Positions 1-5,831 of a stretch of DNA of 25,672 nt are shown in pieces. The notes beneath the pieces were generated by a model. The model saw nothing but the letters and a program-made list of their open reading frames with translations, had not been told where the DNA came from and ran no database searches. The translations under genes and the position numbers were made by a program. How positions within the stretch are numbered: the first letter of the stretch is position 1; the number at the start of each line of letters is the position of its first letter. This DNA comes from a virus (Duplodnaviria > Caudoviricetes), in the IMG/VR virus record IMGVR_UViG_3300020042_002158, positions 1 to 25,672 of that record; one strand, 5' to 3'.

Positions 1-268
1 GGATGCCTTCAATGATGCCAAAGGAGCGCCCGAAGCTAAAGACACTTGTCACGCCCTGGTTCGGCATTGCACTTACGCGTTCGACTACAACATGGCGGGG
101 ATCATGCTGCGTAAATATTCCGGCCAAATCAGCAGCGGCAACCTGCCTCTTAGCTTTGCCGTTGCGAGTCAGTTCGTGCGTTGGCATATCTACTACGTCA
201 ATCAAAACGTCATCAATAAACACCGCAATGGCGCCACTCAGTCCTGGGTCGATGGCCATGACTATCAT
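1..268 (-). CDS. RuvC-like Holliday junction resolvase (3' end runs off the window)
   Basis: Manual translation (not in the ORF track): MIVMAIDPGLSGAIAVF...DMPT...VVVERVSAMPNQGVTSVFSFGRSFGIIEGI; IDPG and VVVE acidic motifs of the RuvC/RNase H fold; ATG overlaps the TGA of the upstream HTH gene. Confidence 0.85.
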   Translation of the reverse strand, partial: MIVMAIDPGLSGAIAVFIDDVLIDVVDMPTHELTRNGKAKRQVAAADLAGIFTQHDPRHVVVERVSAMPNQGVTSVFSFGRSFGIIEGI

Positions 269-474
269 GCTTGCGCCTTTGCCGCTATCAGCGCGTCCAC
301 GGCCTGCTCCAGCTTCATGATGTTGCTGTACAGCGGGATCGTCTTGCCGGTGCTCCAGCGTGATAGCTGGGCAGGGTCGATGCCTGCTGCATACGCAATG
401 TCGTTCATCTTGTAGCCGTTTTCCTTTGCCCGTAGCCGGATGGCCTCAATTGCTTGCTCTGTTGACGAAATCAT
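265..474 (-). CDS. XRE/Cro-family helix-turn-helix regulator
   Basis: 69 aa, MNDIAYAAGIDPAQLSRWSTGKTIP HTH pattern; GGAGG RBS upstream; faces the divergent intergenic region. Confidence 0.8.
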   Translation of the reverse strand: MISSTEQAIEAIRLRAKENGYKMNDIAYAAGIDPAQLSRWSTGKTIPLYSNIMKLEQAVDALIAAKAQA

Positions 475-492
475 GTGCCTGTAACCTCCAAA

Positions 493-603
493 TTGACGAA
501 TGCGTCCATTCTAGGGTTTTTGACTAGATAAACAATTATTTAGCGGATCTAAGGGTAAACACCTACTTAAATAAGTTGATGAAGTAGTCAATTCATGTAA
601 GAT
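493..603. promoter_or_regulatory. Divergent promoter/operator region with three imperfect TTGAC-N6-GTCAA palindromes
   Basis: ttgacgaatgcgtcca (493-508), ttgactagataaacaa (520-535), ttgatgaagtagtcaa (576-591); candidate rightward TTGATG(576)..TAAGAT(598) and leftward TTGTTT(535)..TAGAAT(513), both with 16-nt spacers. Confidence 0.5.
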
Positions 604-649
604 GCGAGGCATCAACAACCCGCCAAATGGCACAAAACGAAAGAAACCG

Positions 650-874
650 ATGAAAACGACAACTTTAAAAGCTGACTGCTACTTCCAACAAGAGCAGTAC
701 AACCCTCGCATTCGCGCCACTGTGCCACCAGCTTGGGTGGTTGAATTTGATTGTGCTTTGCCAAATACAAATGTGCCGCCTGTTTTTTATGGCCATACGC
801 GCAGAGAAGCAATTGAAAACGCTATCAAAACGCTTCAATCTTTTGGCCTGACTGGCCGTTTAATTCTTAACTAA
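650..874 (+). CDS. Hypothetical early protein (MKTTTLKADC...)
   Basis: First ORF of the rightward array; start at 650 preferred over 602, which lies in the predicted promoter. Confidence 0.65.
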   Translation: MKTTTLKADCYFQQEQYNPRIRATVPPAWVVEFDCALPNTNVPPVFYGHTRREAIENAIKTLQSFGLTGRLILN

Positions 875-880
875 ACCCAC

Positions 881-900
881 GGGGCTACGGCCCCATCTTT
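881..900 (+). terminator. GC hairpin with UACG tetraloop (weak terminator or RNA-stabilising stem)
   Basis: GGGGC-TACG-GCCCC followed by ATCTTT, then an AGGAG RBS. Confidence 0.45.
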
Positions 901-911
901 AGGAGATCACT

Positions 912-1025
912 ATGCGATACCGCGAGCACTACACCATCCAACCCGTCTACCGAAAATGGGCAGACATTGCCCTTGCCGTGGCTATCGGAGTCGGTCTGGC
1001 CTTTTTCTTTTTCATGGGAGCGTAA
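912..1025 (+). CDS. 37-aa single-TM membrane peptide
   Basis: Manual: MRYREHYTIQPVYRKWADIALAVAIGVGLAFFFFMGA; AGGAG RBS at 901. Confidence 0.7.
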   Translation: MRYREHYTIQPVYRKWADIALAVAIGVGLAFFFFMGA

Positions 1026-1027
1026 TC

Positions 1028-1294
1028 ATGAGCGAAGCAATGCAATTCCAAATAGATGAAGTCGTGGAGGAGCTGTCCCCAGCCCCAGGTTCCTTTGGTA
1101 TGTTGACATCTCAGGATGTCAGAGAACTGGTACGCCGAGCCGCTACCAAGGGAACCTTGATCGGGTATGTTGCCGGTGAGAAACTGACAGTTACCAGGTT
1201 CAAGAACCAGATGCAGGAGTGGCATCAAGAGCATGAGAATCTGAAGTCCCATTGCAAGGATCTGGAGATGGAGATCATGGGGTTAACCAAATGA
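1028..1294 (+). CDS. Hypothetical protein with C-terminal coiled coil
   Basis: MSEAMQFQ... start after GGGAG; ATGA-coupled to the next gene. Confidence 0.7.
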   Translation: MSEAMQFQIDEVVEELSPAPGSFGMLTSQDVRELVRRAATKGTLIGYVAGEKLTVTRFKNQMQEWHQEHENLKSHCKDLEMEIMGLTK

Positions 1295-1482
1295 AACTAT
1301 TCCAACTACTTAAAGAACCTTTCAAACGCCCAACCCCGTTAGAACTTATAGCCCAGCAGCTCTCTGACGCGCATATCGAGTTGCTGACCGCAGAGCAAGG
1401 TGTGGACTATGCCGCCAGCATCCGCGACTACAACCGCACCGTCATAGCCCGATTAAACAAACGTATGGAGGAATACAAGTGA
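1291..1482 (+). CDS. Hypothetical phage protein
   Basis: MKLFQLLKEPFKRPTPLEL...; ATGA overlap with the upstream stop. Confidence 0.7.
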   Translation: MKLFQLLKEPFKRPTPLELIAQQLSDAHIELLTAEQGVDYAASIRDYNRTVIARLNKRMEEYK

Positions 1483-1898
1483 TCGACAAGGAAACGCTAT
1501 GGGCGGGTTCGCCTGTACCAGTGAACGACCATGATTGGCGCTGCAAGTGTGAAAACTGCATCATCATTCGGTGGTTAAAAGCCGAGAAAGAAGTTGTTGC
1601 CCTACAAAAAATAATTGAAGGGCGAAAGCAAAAGTGGGTAACGATGGCAATGGTTGAGTGTATCTCGCAACATAAGTGGCGCACAGATGAAGCAATCAAA
1701 GAAGTCAAAGCACTTTGGGCTTTATGCCAAATACCTGAATCACACCTTGAAGACCCTGCCGACATCCTGCCTAAGTTGCTTAGATACACACAAGCAATGG
1801 ACGCTGGCTTGAAAGAGAAAAATTGGAACGCATTTGTTTTTGGAAACCGCTTTGAAGAACACGCTGATTTATTACACACCGAAGGAGAATACAAATGA
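1479..1898 (+). CDS. Hypothetical protein (HDWRCKCENC Cys/His cluster near N-terminus)
   Basis: GTGA overlap, GGAGG RBS, 139 aa. Confidence 0.65.
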   Translation: MIDKETLWAGSPVPVNDHDWRCKCENCIIIRWLKAEKEVVALQKIIEGRKQKWVTMAMVECISQHKWRTDEAIKEVKALWALCQIPESHLEDPADILPKLLRYTQAMDAGLKEKNWNAFVFGNRFEEHADLLHTEGEYK

Positions 1899-2113
1899 CT
1901 TGTTGCTGCACCTACAAATGCGAACAGGGCAGAGATTGCCCCGTCAGAAAACGCGAAATAGAGGCCGTAAACAGGGCATATATCGAGCGTGAAACGGTGA
2001 CTGACCCTAACCCCTATGAAGATGTTTTCGGCACGTTTAAGGCGCTGGTGATCGTGCTTGCAGTGTGTATAGGCGCAACGTTGTTGTCTTATGTATTGTG
2101 GGGGAAGGTATGA
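1895..2113 (+). CDS. Small protein with Cys-rich N-terminus and C-terminal TM helix
   Basis: MTCCCTYKCEQGRDCPVR... and hydrophobic ALVIVLAVCIGATLLSYVLW; AAGGAG RBS. Confidence 0.7.
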   Translation: MTCCCTYKCEQGRDCPVRKREIEAVNRAYIERETVTDPNPYEDVFGTFKALVIVLAVCIGATLLSYVLWGKV

Positions 2114-2268
2114 AATTAAGCCAAGGCGAAGTAGTCCAAGGTTTAGTGGACGAATTGCTGGAAACAATCCACAAGTACAACGATACGATGTTTCTGTCAA
2201 CCGCAATTGGATGCTTGGAACTTGTAAAGCAGCAGTTGATTAACGATAGTTTGGAGGACGCATTATGA
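2110..2268 (+). CDS. Hypothetical 52-aa protein
   Basis: MKLSQGEVVQGLVDELLETIHKY...; ATGA overlaps at both ends. Confidence 0.65.
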   Translation: MKLSQGEVVQGLVDELLETIHKYNDTMFLSTAIGCLELVKQQLINDSLEDAL

Positions 2269-2495
2269 GCAAAATGACAAAGTGGTTCCCCCCGCACATC
2301 AAGCCTTGTCGGACTGGCGTGTATGAAGTCGATGACGATTACCGCCTCCCAAGAACTTTGCCAACTTATGCGCGTTGGGACGGGCTAGAGTGGTCAAACG
2401 AATCCTATCACACACATCACCCTGAGTTGCATTACACATCGTATGGCGCGTATCAAAACAAATACTGGCGCGGGTTTACTAAGGAGCAGACATGA
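2265..2495 (+). CDS. Hypothetical phage protein
   Basis: TKWFPPHIKPCRTGVYEV...WRG; GGAGG RBS. Confidence 0.7.
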   Translation: MSKMTKWFPPHIKPCRTGVYEVDDDYRLPRTLPTYARWDGLEWSNESYHTHHPELHYTSYGAYQNKYWRGFTKEQT

Positions 2496-2575
2496 CAAGC
2501 TATCAATCTTATTGTGTGTACTGCAAACGTCCCGTGTTAACAATGTTAACTAAATGTAGGAGTTGCGGAAAATGA
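2492..2575 (+). CDS. 27-aa CxxC...CxxC zinc-ribbon micropeptide
   Basis: Manual: MTSYQSYCVYCKRPVLTMLTKCRSCGK; AAGGAG RBS, ATGA overlaps at both ends. Confidence 0.6.
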   Translation: MTSYQSYCVYCKRPVLTMLTKCRSCGK

Positions 2576-2700
2576 CTGATGCACAAATGGCTTTACTGCT
2601 TTCACACATCTGGCTTTCTAGGCTTACTGGCCCAAGATATGCATTAGCGGTGGGACTTATTTTTTTATTTTTTTATTTTTACTTAGGGTATTTCCAATGA
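2572..2700 (+). CDS. 42-aa hydrophobic membrane peptide
   Basis: Manual: MTDAQMALLLSHIWLSRLTGPRYALAVGLIFLFFYFYLGYFQ; AGGAG RBS, ATGA overlaps at both ends; explains the T-rich tract at 2659-2680. Confidence 0.6.
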   Translation: MTDAQMALLLSHIWLSRLTGPRYALAVGLIFLFFYFYLGYFQ

Positions 2701-2978
2701 CAGGCTACAAATCAAAACGCGTTGCGGCGCTAGATGAAGAGGGTATGTACCTTGTGCATCAGACAGAAGTCAAGTTTGGTGCTGCACCTGATAATTTCCA
2801 CACCTTCAAACAGCCTGAACGCTCGGAATGGAAATGCTACCTGTTTGGCAACACCGCAAAGGACAACCAAGGAATTGTTTGGATTCCCATCAAAGGTCAA
2901 GAACCAAATTGGTTTGTGCGCTGGATGATGAAAGTATGTTTTGCTTGTATTTGGGTTAAGGAGAAGAACAATGGATAA
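2697..2978 (+). CDS. Hypothetical phage protein
   Basis: 93 aa, translationally coupled, ends KEKNNG. Confidence 0.7.
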   Translation: MTGYKSKRVAALDEEGMYLVHQTEVKFGAAPDNFHTFKQPERSEWKCYLFGNTAKDNQGIVWIPIKGQEPNWFVRWMMKVCFACIWVKEKNNG

Positions 2979-3180
2979 AGAAACAACACAGCCAGCGCAG
3001 GAGCCTGTGGAGGATGTGGTTGAGTATTTTGCTGACGGGACAAGGATTGTTCGTATTGCAGCAAAGCGCCCGTGGGTTGACCTGACGGATGAGGATTTAA
3101 ACGAAATATTCGCAGTGGCAATGACGGGGGAAGGTGCTGTGCATCTGGCTTTGGAAAAAATCAAGGAGAAGAACGCATGA
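2971..3180 (+). CDS. Hypothetical modular phage protein (PAQEPV / WVDLTDE / KEKN motifs)
   Basis: MDKETTQPAQEPV...KRPWVDLTDEDL...KIKEKNA; AAGGAG RBS. Confidence 0.7.
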   Translation: MDKETTQPAQEPVEDVVEYFADGTRIVRIAAKRPWVDLTDEDLNEIFAVAMTGEGAVHLALEKIKEKNA

Positions 3181-3848
3181 AAAACTGCTTTACAAACGCC
3201 ACGGTAGTGTGGAGTGAGCGAGAAATCCTACGCCGTGAATCGTTGGTGCGGGAAATCCCTGCAATGCTGCTTGATGTCTGGCGTAGTTTGAACCCTGCTG
3301 TGCAGATGGAGCGCGTAGAGACACCTGTGTTGACCCCTGCCGAATACCTAGCGGGACACATTGAAGCTAAGTTTGATTTGATTAACGCCGGTCGCCGTGG
3401 ATACCTTCGTCCTGAGACTACGGCAGGAACCTTTGAGGCTATGCGCTTGCGGTATGACCAAGAGGCGCAGATGAAGAAGCGGTTGCCTATGTGCTTGTGG
3501 CAAGTGGGTTTAAGTTTTAGGGATGAGGAGAACCCCGACACCATGCGCGCCAGCAAGCTGCGGTTAGTGCAGTTCTACCAAATGGAGTTTCAATTGTTTG
3601 CAAGCCACGGAAGTAAAGCGCCCTACCTTGAAACTGCGCTAGACGCATTAACGAAAACTTATGGTGGCACATACGAACCCGCAGATGAACTGCCGCACTA
3701 TAGTGAAAAGACATTGGATTGGCATATTGGTGGGCTTGAGGTTGCTGGTTGTTCTGTCCGCAAAGATTGGTCGCACGGCACAGTGTTTGAAGTCGCCATT
3801 GGTATTGACAGATTGGTAGCACTACAGATGCAGGAGAACAACACATGA
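3177..3848 (+). CDS. Stand-alone class II aaRS catalytic core, homodimeric GlyRS-like, lacking the anticodon-binding domain
   Basis: Motif 1-like VETPVLTP; YLRPETT; motif 2 QVGLSFRDE...LRLVQFYQMEFQLF; ELPHYSEKTLD; LEVAGCSVRKD; motif 3 VFEVAIGIDRL; protein ends about 10 aa after motif 3. Confidence 0.88.
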   Translation: MKNCFTNATVVWSEREILRRESLVREIPAMLLDVWRSLNPAVQMERVETPVLTPAEYLAGHIEAKFDLINAGRRGYLRPETTAGTFEAMRLRYDQEAQMKKRLPMCLWQVGLSFRDEENPDTMRASKLRLVQFYQMEFQLFASHGSKAPYLETALDALTKTYGGTYEPADELPHYSEKTLDWHIGGLEVAGCSVRKDWSHGTVFEVAIGIDRLVALQMQENNT

Positions 3849-3866
3849 AATTAACAAGGAAGTCTG

Positions 3867-4121
3867 ATGAAAGTTTCTTTTGATAAGCTACCCAAAGAGT
3901 GGATTGGTGTAAATGGGCCTTATTACATGGCAAAGGCCGTTGATGTAACAGGTAAATGGAAATTTAGTGCAATGCTTATGTCTAGCCAAAATTTACCTAA
4001 ATTTATTAAAAATGCAGAGAAATGCCTAAAAGAGCAATGTTCTGAGGTAGTTTTTCATGATGGTTTATGGACAAAGACAAGAGATGAAATTTTTAATCAA
4101 GAAAAGGTAGGCCATGTATGA
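3867..4121 (+). CDS. Hypothetical protein, AT-rich
   Basis: 84 aa; AAGGA RBS; overlaps the next start. Confidence 0.6.
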   Translation: MKVSFDKLPKEWIGVNGPYYMAKAVDVTGKWKFSAMLMSSQNLPKFIKNAEKCLKEQCSEVVFHDGLWTKTRDEIFNQEKVGHV

Positions 4122-4327
4122 CCATCGGACGATTTGCAAATGGCAGCGACTCTAAGCGCCGAGTAATGGGCCTTGCTGGTGAGTGGGAGCGCAGGCAAAA
4201 GCTACCAGGCGAGGCAGAGCCTTCAACAATTAGCATCTGGAAGCAGCCGGTGTACCAACCGCCGCAGATGGATACACCTCGTCCTGGTGCTAACGATCAC
4301 CTCAACATCAGGAGCAAGGGAATATGA
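4118..4327 (+). CDS. Hypothetical phage protein
   Basis: 69 aa ending RPGANDHLNIRSKG; ATGA overlaps. Confidence 0.65.
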   Translation: MTIGRFANGSDSKRRVMGLAGEWERRQKLPGEAEPSTISIWKQPVYQPPQMDTPRPGANDHLNIRSKGI

Positions 4328-4743
4328 AGTCGGTTTACCAAGTCAGGGTATTGGACATCTTGCAGCGCAAGGATATGTCCACCTCGGAATTATGCGTACT
4401 CGTCAACTGCACCCAACGTGCTGCCCAGCAACTGCTTGCCAAACTACGCCGCCAGGGGCTGGTGTACAGGTCAGGCTGGCGTAGGCAACCAGATGGCATT
4501 GCAGCGGTGTTTACGGCAGGCATAGGGACTGATGCACCAAAGCCGCCACGGGCAACTGACAAGGAACGCCAGATAAGGTCTAGGGCCAAAGAGACTCAGG
4601 AGGAGAAAGAGTTTCGCCAAGCGCGTGAACGGGCTAAGAAGATTAAGCCTCGGCGTGATCCGCTGATTGAGGCATTCTTTGGCTCTTACGTCAGGACAGA
4701 AACATTGCCCGTTCATCAATACGCCGATTCTGCAAGCCCTTGA
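4324..4743 (+). CDS. Winged-HTH DNA-binding protein with basic C-terminus
   Basis: VLDILQRKDMSTSELCVLVNCTQRAAQQLLAKLRRQGLVY is a wHTH pattern; last gene of the plus-strand array. Confidence 0.65.
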   Translation: MKSVYQVRVLDILQRKDMSTSELCVLVNCTQRAAQQLLAKLRRQGLVYRSGWRRQPDGIAAVFTAGIGTDAPKPPRATDKERQIRSRAKETQEEKEFRQARERAKKIKPRRDPLIEAFFGSYVRTETLPVHQYADSASP

Positions 4744-5167
4744 GTATCTTGCCGCCACCCATGCAGTATTTCAAGAATTCTTGTGCAGCGCCTGCCTTGT
4801 CGCCGCGAAGCAGTTTCTGGCGAAGCGTAGAACGCTGGAGTGTCCCAAGGCCACAGTTAAATGAAAAGCTAACAAGCCCATCAAACTGACCTTGTGTAAG
4901 AGGGACAGGGCAGAACCGTTCGACTCCAAGTTCAAAACGCTGAAGATCGGCTGCAAGAATTCCATTGACTTCCTCCATAGTGAACTGGCGATCATCCTCT
5001 GGGCGTAGCGGAAACGCCATGCGCTCCTCTAGCTTTAACTTACCCTGGGCTGGATAGAGTACATGGCCCACACCAATAGTCCACAGCAATGCTGGACAGC
5101 GGTACGGGCGCATCTTAGTGCCTTCATGGTGCTTGATTACGGCAAGTGCTTTGTCTGAGACTTTCAT
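4691..5167 (-). CDS. Endolysin, GH24 (T4/P21-like) lysozyme
   Basis: IKHHEG...PYRCPALLWTIGVGH catalytic loop; QGQFDGLVSFSFNCG; GLQNRRIDE C-terminal motif; ATG at 5167 overlaps the upstream TGA. Confidence 0.92.
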   Translation of the reverse strand: MKVSDKALAVIKHHEGTKMRPYRCPALLWTIGVGHVLYPAQGKLKLEERMAFPLRPEDDRQFTMEEVNGILAADLQRFELGVERFCPVPLTQGQFDGLVSFSFNCGLGTLQRSTLRQKLLRGDKAGAAQEFLKYCMGGGKILKGLQNRRIDERAMFLS

Positions 5168-5316
5168 TTCTTTTGCGTTTGTACGCACCCTACTTTGTAG
5201 CCCAAGTCACGCCACTCTTTAGCCGCCTTTTGGCAGGCAGCCTCGTAGTCAAAGTACCCAACGATAAGAACGCTATTCATGTTGATACCTGTGACCAAAA
5301 CCAGCGTCCAGATCAT
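5164..5316 (-). CDS. 50-aa protein with hydrophobic N-terminus and two Cys, between holin-like gene and endolysin
   Basis: Manual: MIWTLVLVTGINMNSVLIVGYFDYEAACQKAAKEWRDLGYKVGCVQTQKK; ATGA overlaps at both ends. Confidence 0.65.
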   Translation of the reverse strand: MIWTLVLVTGINMNSVLIVGYFDYEAACQKAAKEWRDLGYKVGCVQTQKK

Positions 5317-5828
5317 TTACCAAATGCTCTACCACCAAAATGGAAGGCTATGATGGAAGCGAACAGTGCCTGGGTATTGCTATCCCATAGTTTCTCAGCC
5401 AATTGCGGAAACTCAATGCCACGGTTCCAGCCGTACATGAACAGGCCAACGTCCACGAACACCAGCAGGAAGAAAAAGCCTAGCGTGATGAATGAGCGTA
5501 CACCAGCACGAAGGTTTTTCATCCACTGTGACGTACCATCGTTAAGGCTTTCATCATGCGCGTAAATGGCCTTCATTTCAGCAGTCTGAGCGTTGACCAG
5601 GTTCTCACCGGCCTTGGCCTTGGTTTCAATCTCTAGCTGCGCGGTATGTATCTGCTCAACCCTCTCCTGCGCCTCAAACCCTGCCTTGCGTAAGTCCAGT
5701 TCCCGCTGAATCTGCATCTGGGCCAGCGCCAGTTCGTGCTTTTTGTCCTGCCGGTTTTGGAAGAAATCCAACAACTTGGGCAAGCCGCCCATGAGGAAAG
5801 AGATTAGGGTTGAGAGGATAGTTAGCAT
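5313..5828 (-). CDS. Holin-like membrane protein (N-terminal hydrophobic segment, coiled coil, two C-terminal TMs)
   Basis: LRAGVRSFITLGFF...IIAFHFGGRAFGK ending typical of phage 3TM-holin-like proteins; upstream of the endolysin. Confidence 0.65.
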   Translation of the reverse strand: MLTILSTLISFLMGGLPKLLDFFQNRQDKKHELALAQMQIQRELDLRKAGFEAQERVEQIHTAQLEIETKAKAGENLVNAQTAEMKAIYAHDESLNDGTSQWMKNLRAGVRSFITLGFFFLLVFVDVGLFMYGWNRGIEFPQLAEKLWDSNTQALFASIIAFHFGGRAFGK

Positions 5829-5831
5829 GGT

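Noticed and set aside
3-415. Plus-strand ORFs 3..320 and 92..415
   Set aside because: Antisense shadows of the RuvC-like and HTH genes, which have recognisable motifs
576-591. FNR/CRP-type box
   Set aside because: Spacing is N6 rather than the TTGAT-N4-ATCAA of FNR; treated as a phage operator candidate instead
1442-2206. 254-aa minus-strand ORF
   Set aside because: Antisense to four coupled plus-strand genes with good RBSs; no recognisable motifs, although its length is somewhat unusual
2655-2682. T-rich tract as terminator or phase-variable site
   Set aside because: No preceding stem; it encodes the Phe/Leu/Tyr-rich TM segment of an ORF that tiles the gap exactly
3177-3848. Calling the gene glyS/glyQS or a pseudogene
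   Set aside because: It lacks the anticodon domain, so it is not a canonical synthetase; yet the ORF is compact, uninterrupted and retains catalytic motifs, so it is not obviously decayed
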